A stretch of DNA of 63,931 nucleotides, the filler included, from Bigelowiella natans CCMP2755 (lineage: Eukaryota; Protista; Cercozoa), in NCBI GenBank assembly GCA_000320545.1. It is 5 parts of 5 records of this genome, joined end to end, with 100 filler letters (N's around TTAATTAATTAA, not from the genome) between each part and the next. Parts side by side here need not be neighbours in the genome. Positions count along the whole stretch, not along the records: positions 1 to 21,254 come from ADNK01000563.1; 4 more parts are not named here. One strand, given 5' to 3'. Positions 1 to 13,500 of this stretch are shown here, piece after piece. The notes beneath the pieces were generated by a model. The model ran no database searches. It had not been told where the DNA came from and was given only the letters and a program-made list of their open reading frames with translations. The position numbers were made by a program, and so were the translations under genes. The first letter of the stretch is position 1. The number at the start of each line of letters is the position of its first letter.

Positions 1-891
1 CCTAAGAGTACCTGAGACGGATTCTCTAAGGTTATTCATAACTTTTTCCAAGTGCTGTAGCTCTTTCGAGTCTTTAAAAAGAGCGATACAGACGAGCTGG
101 GCCTGTATTGATAGGTGATAGTGTGTGTGTGGGTGGGTGGGTGGGTGTGTGCGTGCGTGTGTGTGTTTGTAGACTGCGTTTAACCAATATTCAGTAGTTA
201 TTGAGCTTCAGGTAATCATTGCTATCACCATGCACTACACACCCACCTTGAGCTCGCCATAATCAATGCTCCATTTAGTTTTCGCCTCGTTAATGTTTGG
301 ACGAAATACCGCTGCATGCTACGTTGTACCACAACAACGGGAGTAATAACAAGAATAATCATTGACCATATAGGGCAAGTACAGTGTAGCAATTGCGCTC
401 AGTGTCTTGAGCTCGAATTCAGTGCCGGGTAAGCTCGTATGAGTCGGTATTTCACGCAATAATGAAGTATTTGGGAAATCGAAATGAACACTCTACCAGT
501 AGAAATTCGGAACGAATCGTGCAGGGCGGAAGGGATAAGGCCTATAGAATAAGGTAAATATTTAATGAGATTTATGTACGATCACGAAAAATGCAAGTTG
601 CAAAGCTTGATATCACCAGTGAAGGCATCGAGACTTGGGGGCTTTGCATTTTGTACACAGAGGAAGAGGCAAGACACTCTTCGTTCCCTTTCTGTTTTTT
701 CCTCTCATCCGACCTATCCGCAATAATATTCTTCTTTTTCTGCGCCCCGGAAGGTGCCTAACGTGCAATCACAGCAGTAGCATCACCCGAGTTGGAGATG
801 AGAAAACATAAGGAACACAAACCTGGGAATCTTTAAGGTCTTTCATCGACGGGGGAGGAGGTGGGGGGATAGCACTGGAACCGCAACCCAT
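1..891 (-). CDS. Multi-exon protein with N-terminal dual-acylation motif (MGCGSS); 3' end outside window
   Basis: ATG at 891. Phase-consistent GT-AG spliced exons read MGCGSSAIPPPPPPSMKDLKDSQ|APSGAQKKKNIIAD|SVLPLPLCTKCKAPKSRCLH|WPYPFRPARFVPNFY|CLPGTEFELKTLSAIATLYLPYM|HAAVFRPNINEAKTKWSIDYGELK|AQLVCIALFKDSKELQHLEKVMNNLRESVS. MGCxxS is the classic myristoylation/palmitoylation motif. Confidence 0.7.
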
Positions 892-1300
892 GATGCCTGG
901 CTGTAAAGATTATTGATCCCTTGACAATGAGAGGCGCCCGCGGCGATGAGAGGGGGAGGGAGAAGACAGACACAAATGTCGACGGAAACGGAAGAAGAGT
1001 GACGTCGAAACGACGACAATGTAGCCGCTGATCAGTGATCCTATTTCCACTGTTGCGACAAGGTCTGATCGATGTCGCAAGGTGAAAACACGTCCTATTT
1101 TCAACAAAATATAGCGTATTCGCAAAGCTGTATTTTCCTCGTAATCTATTTCCAACCACCCCCATCCTTCTTCTTGGGCTGGCGGGGGGAAATAAAAAAA
1201 GAGGACCGATCTACGCAGGAGCCAGACGCCTGCTCAACACGTCCTCCCTAGCAAGGATATGAATGACACTGCGAGGAAATCAGAAGGGTGGCGGTGACCG

Positions 1301-4300
1301 ATGCTCTTCCCTTCCACCGACGTCGTCCCGACGATGTTCCGTGCAATTGTGCCTCTGGTGCTAGTGATGCTAATGGTGGCCGCAAACGCTAATCAGAAAG
1401 GGGCAGGCGACGATTTTTGCACGGATCAAGAAAGATGTGCATTTCCTAATGTAAAAAATCAAACAAACACAAGGCAGGCGTGAATGCTATGAATTCTTGA
1501 CGGTGACTATCTGTGATCTAGGAGGGTGGAGACGACAACGCTACTGCTCTGTCCTCTATCGCTGGTGATGCATTCATTACACCTTTCAACAAAGTATTCT
1601 TCCACTTCCTTATTTTGCCTCCTCGTCCTCCCCCTCACTGTTAAAGGAATGTCGGTCCGCTGGCAGCGTTTCGATGGTACGGACGCCTTTCCCGGGGAGA
1701 ATATGTACATGTGGACCCCGTCGAGATCAGTTGGATGGGTCGAGGTTAGAAAAAAAAACAGATCTTGTTTTAGCCTGTTCTTCATTGTTCTTCGCATTTA
1801 TCGTACTCTGATTGTTGCCTAGCACCCACACTTCCAATCCTTCAACATTATTATTACTAGGTTGCTATGATGATTCTGATCATAGTTTAAAAATACATCT
1901 GTAATAATCATAGTAGTCAATTGAATAAGCATGTAATTACGGATGCTAGGATAATAACGATGGCGATGCCGATGCTGATGAGCCCGTCATTCCAAGTCCA
2001 GAATTATGCCAACAGGTGAAGCCAAAGGGGATTAGAACCTATAAAATTTTCTTTTACTGATTTAGGATTGTAGTAAATATAAATTAAAAATATTAATAAG
2101 CCAAATAATATAAATGTATTCTTCATTATTATATATTTATATTATTTTTTATACTTACTCTATGTCTTTGATTTTTTGAATAACCCAAAAATCACTACAT
2201 AAATCCTTATTGGCTATAAATTCATATGGCATATAAAAATATCCTTTATCTCCCCATTCGATTCCCCAAAAAATTTGATGTGGTTCCACTTGCTAAATAG
2301 TAGATCATTACCACCGCTGTTTATATACAACAGGGGTCGGGGGGGCTGGGGTTTGGGACTTATGGGTTGAAACTGTGCATCATCCATAATAACATGACAA
2401 ATGTGGTGACGCAAATGTATCATATCTGATTGATTTACTACACGGTTGGCTTCACCATTATCACGGTTTATAGGCTTGTCTCCGCATGGGACTTAGCGGA
2501 TTTACATGGTATTGTCGGTTCGTTGTATGTAGTAGTGGTTGTAGTGGTGGTTGGTGGTGGACCACGAGTTTTCCAAATTCATGGCGGCAACACGGATAAG
2601 AATAAATACCTAAATATACCTATCGCAATGCTATGGTAAATTCTTGTACGAAGTAATCATTCTGGCGATGATACATGGTGATTGTTTTCCCTACCCGAAA
2701 TGGAAAGCCTCCATCGATAAAATCATTATTATCTTCCTTGTAAGGTATATGCAGCAGCATCTTCACTGTTGTCGTCTAAGCTTCCAATATTTCTTCTTCA
2801 GGTACGGTAGTTCCTGTTACTTTCGCTCGCACGAGGCAGATGAGCTTCTGAACAACCAAGTTTTGATGGAGAACGCCGTGCTTTACGTGCGAAGAATTTT
2901 GCCGACCCCCGCCCCTGCACCTCATTTTTCTCCCCCCCGTCTGGCTATTGATGAGACCGATGGAAACCAATTTGCTGCTGGTGGCGCTGCAAAAAGTAGT
3001 ACAAAAAGAAATAAGTTCCTGGTATGTGGCTCTCCACACTACGCTCAGCTACCTCCACATTAATGCTTATGCTCCTATCTTCTCGCATCCTCCCTATCCT
3101 TCTCCTCCTTATTCTCACTGATTTTCTGTATTTTCCCACTCACTTTCCCAGGTTTTTTCAAGCGTGGGAAATCGGTGTTTGGAAGCGGTGAAAAATGCGT
3201 GGCTCTCGGAACCGAACGTAAAGATCTTCGACCTGGTTGTTCCAGTATTATACTGTTATGTACACACACACACACACACACACATGCGCGCGCGCAAACA
3301 TGTGTATTCTGATATTCAAATTATTCAAATTTGTGGTGTATGTGTATGTGTATGTGTGTGTGTGTGTGTTTGTGCTTATATGCGTGGCTTGTGCAGGTGC
3401 TGGTATTCTATGCGGCAACAGCACGGAACGCGGTGTTCCGTGAGCTGCGCCAATACGCGCAGTCCATTCCAGGAATAACCCTGCACGTGCGGAAGGGGTT
3501 GGTGGGATGAGAGCAAAACAAGGATGAGTGCTACCGACTGATTATGATGACAACGATGATGATGATGAAGATGATATATGTTGTGTTCTTGGCCATGTTT
3601 GCAGTGTTCCCTTCACGGCATTGGAAGAGAAATGTGGAAGAAGAATGAATGAATGAGAATTGAAGGCGTGCGTCTACCAAACAAACACGCTATTTCAGGT
3701 ATAAATGGCCCAACTTTCGCTGGTGGCTACTGGAATCGAGCGGGGACATGTTACGGTTAAGAAATAAAGACGAATTTACATCCGTACACATGCAAAAGCT
3801 CAATTACCATGCACAAGCTCAATTACCAATACTAATATTCTTCTTCCTATACTTCATATATTCTCAAGATATTACTCTCACATCTGGGTAGCCGATGACG
3901 ACCTCCTGATGGACACACGTGCCATCAACCGAATGTTCCTTACTTTGGCTGCAAACCCTGCGATTCAGATAGCGTCTCCAGCATTCTCTTCCGATAGTGC
4001 GGGCCTATGGAGGTTGGAAATTGCCGTTTGTTTTCTGTTTCTACGATATGTGCAGTGGCGTTGTAAATGTTCCCGAAGCCGCTGATGATATGAGGCGGCA
4101 CTTTCTGTAAGCGCTTTTCCCTCCTCGTCCAACCTCCTCCCGACTCCCAAAAAATTCACTCCAATGATGTTAATGTGTAGGTTCCACGACCGACATAACC
4201 CGCATTTTATTCTGCGCTACACAAATTTTGTTGAATGCCTTGGGTAAGTAATAGAGAAGAAGAAGAAGGAGGAGGAGGAGGAGGAGGAGGAGGAGGAGGA

Positions 4301-4941
4301 GGCTGGTATGTAGAGGGGGGGGGGGGGGGGGGTGGATAATTGTGGGTACCACCGAATCTCAATGAAAATAGCAAGCGGTCATGGTGACGGCAATGGTGTA
4401 CGTGATTACACAGGCCAGTATTATCTCGTGCAGTACTTGATAATGAGCTGTTTCGTCGCTGCTTGAAGGCGACTCGCACTGGATACTACCTCGACAGCGC
4501 CTTCTATCCCATTTCCGGGAGTAGTACGAGGTAATCATATTCAGACCGCATTCAGCATGTGCATGTATGTTGCATCCTGCTTTTGCGCTAAAGGATTCAT
4601 TAGACCACCGTTCCATCGGCATTTCTCTCCTCCTTCATCGCCTTATGTTCTTCCTATATTCCTCCTTTACATCCGTTTTCAGTGGAATGGCAATCGTGGA
4701 TGTGGCCGTATGCACGCACCCAGAGCGGCCTGAAGTCGAGAGGGAAATGTATGATCACGATCTTTGTGAGCAGACGCTGCTTTACATTTTAACATCGTTA
4801 TTCTTCTTTTCTTGTTCTACCTCTAGGTACAAAGAGCTGGCAGATCATGAGCACGGGCAGGACTACAAGTTTTTCGACCAGAATGTAGTAGATTTGTCGT
4901 CGAAGAATAATACGTCACACTTATTCTCGAACACACCCGCA

Positions 4942-4989
<48 letters not shown>

Positions 4990-5406
4990 GAGAGACGCAT
5001 GTATATAGTATCAACACAGATTTCTATTTGTCTCGTGACGCTGCAATTAGGGTATAGCGCGCGAAATCTATTGGTTTCGAGAGCCAGAATATTTTGGAGG
5101 CCAGCGGCTTCCACACATCCCAAGGCACATAACCGATGAAACTTTGGGTTTGCCTCCAGTACGTGGAAATACCAAAAAACACGGATTTTCGCTCTCCTAT
5201 TACCATAGTAGCAGTTGTGGTAGTGGTAGTTATGTGGTCCTATTGTTGTTGTTGGTTGCATATTAGAGAGAGGTTCTTAGATTGTTGATAATGGGTGGCT
5301 ATGTCAATCGTAGGTTGAAATCCACAACAGCATGCTGAGGGCGATGTTTCCAACGCGATTTGGACCAAATGCAGTGATAAGGCCAGAAGAAGAATCGTTC
5401 TTGTGA
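1301..5406 (+). CDS. Secreted/lumenal DUF707-like (GT-A-type, DxD) protein, multi-exon
   Basis: Signal-peptide-like start (MFRAIVPLVLVMLMVAANA). Spliced exons give RKGYKWPNF..YSHIWVADDDLLMDTRAINRMF..IQIASPAF..ILRYTNFVECLGP..GMAIVDVAVCTHP, matching DUF707-type motifs. Probable last exon VEIHNSMLRAMFPTRFGPNAVIRPEEESFL* ends at 5406. The 5' exons are uncertain. Confidence 0.65.
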
Positions 5407-5580
5407 CCGACTCCAGGGCACTTCTAACGATTCTGAAGTGCATTCGTGAATGGTTTACATTGTGCTCGCTCGTAGCCAATGCCCCTAAAAATAAGCATGC
5501 TTCAAGGCCCTGCTACCAAAATGGGCGAGCTGATGCGGCACAAATGAAGCAAATAATTAAATGAAGAACCTCGTCATGAC

Positions 5581-6000
5581 AGAGTCATTGTGAAGAGTTG
5601 TGCATGCACATTGTTAGACACGTGTGTGCAGCATCTGCACCATGCCAGATCAGCACATGCGATGCGAGCGCATCTCTAGATCTGAAATCAAGTCAACTAG
5701 TGCTAGAGTGGCTAGATGCATTCAATGTCCACGGCGATGGAGCGAAATGCTGCAGGCTCATTGCTTTCGTTTTCCCTGCTGTTGTTCTCCGCCGGCACAC
5801 ACTAGCTAGCTAGCGCTAGCTAGCACACGATGTGCCATCTGCATGCATGACATGCACGTCGACTCAATTAGCCGCAAGGTACAAGTGCGCGCAATCTAGT
5901 CACTAGCTAGCGGTGTGAGCACTGCATCGCAATGTGAATACACGCACATCATCTAATCTAATCTACTAGTCTAGCGGTGGTGCTATCACCGTGCATGGGC
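5581..6000. repeat. TpA-depleted, CTAG/TGCA-rich intergenic relic
   Basis: In 5581-5940 I count 16 TpA: 12 in CTAG, 2 in TTAG, 1 in GTAC, 1 in ATAC. TGCA/CATG are in excess. Confidence 0.6.
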
Positions 6001-6285
6001 GTAAATCACGGCAATCCATTAGATGCGATGAATACGATTATCCAACCGCGCAAGAATGTATCGTATTGTACTGACGCCCATGCTTGCATGTAATGTACAT
6101 CACCAGATTCAAATAAGGAAGAGCCAAAGATGCTTAAAAATACACTAGATTCAAAGCAATCGCATTCAATTTAGTAAATATGGGTAGAGGCACATTAACT
6201 CAGCGAGTCTGAACCAATGCATAGTACAATTTCAAACGCGCCTTGCTGCGTTCACTTTCAGGACACTCTTTCTCTACTCACCCTA

Positions 6286-7706
6286 TTATACAAGGTCTGC
6301 GAAGTTGCTAGGCATCTCATCGATCTGGGTACCGTAGAACTGCTCGATATCCCGAAGAATTCGAATGTCGTCATTCTTGACGAAGTTGATGGCAACACCT
6401 TTGCGCCCGAAACGCCCCGAACGACCTATGCGGTGAATGTACAATTCACGGCTATTTGGGAGGTCGTAGTTAATGACTAAGGAAACTTGTTGGACGTCAA
6501 TTCCACGGCCCCACACGTCTGTGGCGATAAGGACACGGCTCTTTCCGTGGCGGAATTCCTTCATGATTTCATCACGCTCCTTTTGTGGCATATCTCCATG
6601 CATAGAGGAGACCGTGAAGTTGGAGTCGCGCATCTTTGTCGTGAGCCAGTCGACCTTCAACTTGGTATTGCAGAAGATGACAGCCTGCGTGATGGTGAGT
6701 GTATCATAGAGGTCACACAGAGTGTCGAACTTCCACTCTTCTTTCTCAACAGCAACGAAGAACTGCTTGATGCCCTCGAGTGTCAACTCGTCACGCTTCA
6801 CCAGGATACGAACAGGTTTGTTCATGAATTTAGTTGTCATCTCAAGGATCTCCTCTGGGAGAGTCGCAGATATCAGGACAACCTGCACTTTTGGAGGAAG
6901 GTACCTGTAGATGTCATAGAGCTGCTCCTTGAAGCCTTGGCTAAGCATCTCGTCGGCCTCGTCAATCACGAGCATTTTCAGGTTTTTGGTTTTGAGGCAA
7001 CGGCGTTGAATCATGTCGTACACGCGACCAGGAGTACCAGACACCACATGAACACCAGCCTGGAGGGTTCGCATGTCCTCTCCAACACTTTTCCCGCCGA
7101 TGCAGGCGTGCACACGGGCCTGCATGTAGTCTCCAAAGGCCATCATCACTTTACAGCTCTGCTCTGCCAATTCACGTGTTGGAGAAAGTACGAGTGCTTG
7201 GAGGTCTTTTCCCCTCTCGTTAATAGATTGGAGGATACCCACGCAGAAGATGGTTGTCTTTCCAGTACCTGACTGAGACTGAGCAATCACATCCCTCCCC
7301 TCCAGGATCGGCTTGATAGCCCTTCTCTGAATAGCCGAAGGCTTCTCGAAACCTGTTATGACAAAAAATATAAACACCAAGATTAGTAAATACCTTATTA
7401 TTGAATTGGAGTTCTCATAAAAAGTCATCTTGTTAGACTTGCATTTACCGTAGGCATAAATTCCCCTGAGCAAATCATCCTTGAGACCCATGTTGTCAAA
7501 TGAATCGACAATTTTGAGGTTTTTGCTGGACTGGAAGTATTCCTTGCCCTCCTTCTTTTCCCCTTAAAAGAGATTGAAGGAAAAAATCATACCCAAGAAA
7601 AAAGATCACGGAATTGCCAATACACATATTTCTCCTTTCCGACTCTTCTAACTCATTTTGAAGGGACGCTTACAAAACTACCTTTACTTCTTTTTTCTTC
7701 GGACAT
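6286..7706 (-). CDS. EIF4A3: Eukaryotic initiation factor 4A-III (DEAD-box helicase, exon junction complex)
   Basis: Exons 7706-7682 (MSEEKRSK), 7562-7449 and 7352-6286. Motifs [45 protein letters not shown]. The eIF4A-III-type [19 protein letters not shown] and [12 protein letters not shown] are present. Confidence 0.95.
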
Positions 7707-8457
7707 GTTTATTGTGTATAATCAGCCCGGAGTCTGTTTTTTGTGATGGGTGTGAATCTGAGCTCTCTTCCAGCTCTTCAGTGAATGCGCACGCGGCTGA
7801 GTGTATAAGATCCAAATTCCTTATCTCCATCTGAGATAGGCCTGTAATTTTAATGAAATAGCAACAATTTAGTTGTCTTATAAATTTAAATCCATCCATA
7901 TGTGACATTTCTCACTTCTTCGACCTAAATTGAGATCTTATAGTTCGCTACGGGAAGGTAGCGAGTTGAGCACGAAAGAATCAGGGAAGATATCCATGTC
8001 GCAGATAAGAAATTGCCGAAAATCAGACTATAAAAGAGATCGTTGAAGAGTATAGATATCATGTGGAGTATTTATTATCTACACAGGTAAATCTCAAGTG
8101 CGAATGAAATCACGAAGACCTAGTCTTTGTCTGGGCAAATATTCCATCAATACATCGATAAGAATACCCATAAAATAATACTGGATGGTATATCTTGGAA
8201 AGAACATTTTTCCTCCCTGAGAATATCTATATTTTGATGCTGAGATCGTAATGGACATGTGATGGTTTTTGATTCCGACTTCATAATAGCCGAACATCGC
8301 AAAACGAAATCATGGATATTTTTGTGTTACAAATGTGACTTTTCCGAGTTTTTATTGTGAAGAAAATTCGGAAGCTTTACGAGAACGTCCCCGTCGAGCC
8401 CCCCTCCCGACAACGATTTCAGTCTCTGCATTTATCTCCCGAGCTCTTGGAGCTATA

Positions 8458-10669
8458 ATGGGGGTGGGCTTGGAGGATGGAACGTCAGTGTCTTCAAATG
8501 GCATTGGAGAAGAGGATGAGGTTTGTGTCGCGACGAAAAAGAAAGGAAAGTAGTCCAGCGAGTCAGTTGGGAAGTGATTTCGTATGAAATAAACAAATGA
8601 TAAATGAGATTATATCGAGCATACATTTCGTGTAATTACTTTGGATGATTTGACTTCCCACCACAAGTCCGACAAGATACGCCTCCTGTCCCCGGTGGAC
8701 CCAGGAAACGAATCCCGAGCAACCGGAGGAGTTTATCTTCGGCAAGAAGGTTAGCATGGATAAGAATTAGGAAGAAATAGTAATTGTACTTCACACTCTC
8801 TCCTCCGTCCTCCTTCTTAGTTTCTCTCTCCCGCGCCCTGGAAGAAATTGGGTATGGTCGGTACCAGATGTACCTGCTTTGTTTCGCTGGAGCTACACAG
8901 CTTGCTGACGCGACAGAGCTTATCAGTAAGGCTAACGTCACACCGCACACATTTTACACCGAACAATAGCACACCATCTGTGTCTCTCAGCGATATCATT
9001 TCTGACTCGCGAACTCCGAGGCGACTGGAACCTCTCCCAAACAGAAGCGGCATTGCTACAGCTCTCAGTTCTCTTCGGGATGGGCGTAGGGGCTGTTTCC
9101 TGCGGGATACTCTCTGACAGATTTGGCCGCAGAACGGGCTCCGCCTTCGCTGTGATGTTTACCGCACTCTTCGGTATGTTGATTTGGTATGCGCGGGCCA
9201 TTTTCGCTCCCCTGTTGAACCTAATCGAGTTCAGTTTCTAGAGTTTTGTGTGGTGTTTGTAACAATTAATATTTTCTCCCGACATGCGCTTACTATTGTC
9301 CGCCATCTCTCCATCATTGGACATAACAACCGACATTTTGTTGCTGCTCCTGCGATGAGTTAGGTGTGGCATCTTCCATGGCTGTAGGACTATGGATGCT
9401 ACTCTTATTTCGTTTTGCCGTGGGTATTGGGGTGGGATCAGCCCCTGCACCCTTAGGCCTTTATGCAGAGTTTCTACCTCCCTCAAAACGCGGTCAGTGG
9501 TCCCACCACCACCACCACCATCAACATCAATGTGAGCTTCTCAGATGGAACGAACTACCGCCGTAAAATACGACGACAACACACTCATGTCGTTATTAAT
9601 GAGAGAGAGAGAGAGAGGGAGAGAGAGAGTTCGTACGAGTAAAAGATACAACGAACGGTAACAACTTAGTGCTAATTATTTCGTCATCGATGTCAGGCGG
9701 GCAGCTTGTGACATTCTTCACGTTTTTCTCTATCGGCGCTGTTCTTGAGGCACTCCTCGCTTGGATCACTCTCGGTAATAATATATATTAGGAATGACAT
9801 CAACGAGATAGGTCATGCAAGTACAAGGCGCCATGCTTCGTCCATAATCTCTCTTTCTTTCTCTCGTCCGCTCCCTCTCTTGCTTTGACTCCACTAGCTG
9901 TGCTTACTTCAACCATGACTATCTGCCGATTAGGTACGGAGAATGGTGGTGGATGGCGAGCGCTGTTGCTCGTATCTAGTATTCCATCTATTCTCCTAAC
10001 ATTCTGCCTCCCGATCATCCCGGAATCTCCTCGCTACTATCTAGTTACAGGGCAGTACCATAAGGCACTGCAAACCCTGCAAAAGGTGTGAACGATGTAA
10101 TGATGAGCAGGAGGAGGAGGAGGAAACAGTAGGTAGCGGTGTAATTAGAGATGGTATGAGAGTAGTCTTTTTCAGCGTTTAACTTGCTGTATTATTCCAA
10201 CATCAATCAATGTACACGGAAGACCCCGTAGCAACTGATTGACCTGGAAATCTACTGACTGACAACACACAGTTCGCAGCATCACTATCGATTCAAAACT
10301 ATCATAATCATCATCATCGTCGTCGTCGTCGTCGTCGTCGTCATCACTATCATTATCATTATCATTATAATTATCGTCATCATCACCACCGTTTCCTTCT
10401 TTTTCCTTTTTCCCACTATGTGCTGTGCCAAAACCAAACGGCGTAAACATCGAGTAGGTAGCGAGGATAAATAGAAGCCTGGAGTCTGTCTCTTGGGAGT
10501 GGGACACCGTGCTATTGAAGCCCGATCCTCCTCCTCCTCCTCCTCCTCCTCCTCCTGCTGCTGCTGCTGCTGATGATGATATTGCCGCTAACTACCAGCT
10601 CAGTAACAGTATAAATACATTGAGGACGGAGGCCAAACTTCCAATAAACGCTGAGGTTCACGCACACTA

Positions 10670-10708
<39 letters not shown>

Positions 10709-10766
10709 GGGGGATGCGTGTTCGAGAAGGGTTATTTCTGGACGAGAATAAGATGTGCGTGCGTGC

Positions 10767-10800
<34 letters not shown>

Positions 10801-11245
10801 CGTGTGCCTACCTTATGTTTGACTCGTAGAGCAAAATGCAGCAAGTCTGCGGTGAATGCGGTGAAGATAATGATGACGACGACGCCAACGACAACGGTTA
10901 CAGGAATCTTGGCGGCAAGTGTGTTATCAATCAGAATAACAATAGTTTTCATTCTCTTCTTCATCATAGTCATCATCATTTTTATTATTATAATAAAACC
11001 AGTTGAAAGTAGACAGCAGTAGCAGTAGCAACAGAATCTTTCTCTGCTCTCCCTTATTGTTATCGCTATCACCACCTCCACCACGATGGACCCAAGAGAA
11101 CCCAAAGCAGAATCTGCTGAGCATGCTCATAATATCCCTTTCCAGAATATCTGGTGAGGATGATGATTGCAAACCTGGATACAATGGCCAAAGGAGAACG
11201 GCCACGACGATAGCAGAGAGCACAACAATAGGGTCTACGATAAAC

Positions 11246-11319
<74 letters not shown>

Positions 11320-13154
11320 GAGAGAGAGAGAATGGACAGTTGAGTGGTCCTCTCGCTCTCGTGTCTAATGTTCCTACTCTTTTAACCTCCTTCCCTCTAC
11401 CCTCATATCTATTCGTGTTTTTCCTTGTCGTTGCTTCTACTGTGTCAGAGAATTGGCCAAGCTTCTGTTCTCAAGCCCAAAGCAAACGTATGACAATGAT
11501 GATGATGATGATGATGATGACTATATAAACGTACTACTACTGGTTTTTCTACATTCCTCATCACCAGATTTGAATCCGTTGTCTGTTCACTTGCAACTTT
11601 TTCCTATTCTCTCGTCTCCCTCCTCTTTTCCTCCGCTTACGCATCTTGTCTTCTTCCACCATTTATCGCCATCTAGGCGGTTTGTGTTGGTGATCGGCGC
11701 GATGTTTTTCACCATGGCGGCGCTGTACTACTCCATTGTAATCGCTTCGAACGAGATCATCGCGCCTGAGGAAGGGGGGGGGCACGGCAATGGCCACAAA
11801 GGAGGAGGGAGATATTCCAGTGGAGCTTTCTTGGAGATCGTTTTCACAAATGCAGCAGAACTTCCCGGGTACGTTTTTCTGTTTTCTCCTAAGAAGATGG
11901 GGGGGGGGATTGGGGTTAGTAGGCACTGTTACAGCGAAATAGTACATCATAAAAACTACGTATTTGCTGCCTTGTAAAGCAGTAGCAAAGGGACAAGTAG
12001 CAGTATACGATGATGGTAATGATGATGGTAATGATGGTGATGATGGTGATGATGATGATGATGATGAAACTTATCCATGACCCTCGCATGATCAATGATC
12101 GTTACGTATGCATGCAGGTTGGCCCTTGCAGCACTGTTGTTGTCGAGACTAGGGCGCAGAGCGAGTGTTGGTATTATTCTCTCTCCTCCGAGACTTAAGT
12201 CTCCATCTCTCTCCCTCCTTCCACATTGGTGTCTGTGTCTGTGTGTGTTGTATTACTACTACTATCCATTTCTCTTCTGTAAAAGTAGTGAGCTGAGGAT
12301 AGTTGCAAGGATGACACCGTTTACGACATGACCGATGATATCGATGTTTATTCTTCATAGAATCATCACGTGAATAAATATGATGACACAGGGTGCTGCT
12401 TTGGTCTCTGCGGCATAAGCTTGGCAACTATCCTTTTCCCCGTTGTCGCCCCCTCTGCACGTTCCTACCTCATCTTCTGTGCACGTGCATCAGCGCAAGG
12501 TCCCTTATTCGGTTAGGAGAAATTCGTGTGCGAGTGCTATTGAACAAGCGATAAGGATCATCATCACCAACATCATCATTACCATCACCTTAAAAACGTT
12601 TATTTCTTCTTATTCTTCTTCTTAATCTCTTCGTCTTCTTCTTTCTGGCGTTGTGGTTGAACGGTGTTAGGATTCAATGTGTCGCTGTGGGTGCTAGCAA
12701 CGGAGTTCTTCCCGACATCGGTGCGTGTATTAGGTGTAGGTATCACCACGGCATGCGCTCGAGCTGGAAGGTACCTCATTTCTTTTTTTGCTTTTTACAT
12801 CCCCTCCCCGCCCCCCCCCCCTTTATTTTGCGAATATGTGATCGTGTCGCTTGATAAATACTGTGTGCGGTGTGTTTGGGAGCGGTAAAAAAGTTCTGCA
12901 AACCTGACCGGGGTGGGGAGACAAATCCAAGTCAACTTGCTTTGTAGATGATATCCTTTTGAATGAGAACCATTTTCGCTTTCCACCCATCTATTATATC
13001 ATCCTGCTTCAGCATTTTATCGCCGTTTATTGCCGAGTTCCTGTTCGCTCAAAGTTTGTGGTATGGCGTGGCCACGTGTGTGCTGCTCGCGTTGCTAGGA
13101 GCTATAGGCTCTTTTGGCCTCCCGAAAGACGCGGAATTATCGCTAAAACATTGA
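8458..13154 (+). CDS. MFS transporter, SV2/SVOP-like, multi-exon
   Basis: Exons encode ALEEIGYGRYQMYLLCFAG, GILSDRFGRR (MFS motif A), LLFRFAVGIGVG, EFLPPSKR, GWRALLLVSSIP, PESPRY, AELPG, TEFFPTSVR and a final TM followed by a stop at 13154. Confidence 0.88.
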
Positions 13155-13257
13155 AGAAATAGGTGTGTCGACAATAGTATAGATGCCAGGAGCTTCCATG
13201 AGTCCGCAGCTGTGTACAGAATACAACTCTGATATGCGTAAGACTTATGGATATACG

Positions 13258-13302
<45 letters not shown>

Positions 13303-13500
13303 TGTATTATTCATATATGTGTAGGCATGTTGTTAAATATACACATCTAGAGCGTAGCTACTGAGGTGGATAAAAAATACGTATACAGCTCCTGTGCATA
13401 GGCACAGAATGATTAATCATGAGTAATAGAATTTCTAGATTTCTAGATGGGCCATCTAAGGACTAGTGCCATGGATTTAGTGGTCTAGCAATGCAGTCCA

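Noticed and set aside
247-280. WSIDYGELK suggesting a TKL kinase
   Set aside because: The next exon has no glycine-rich loop or other kinase motif within the window.
6487-7272. 261-aa ORF on + strand
   Set aside because: Antisense shadow of the eIF4A-III exon.
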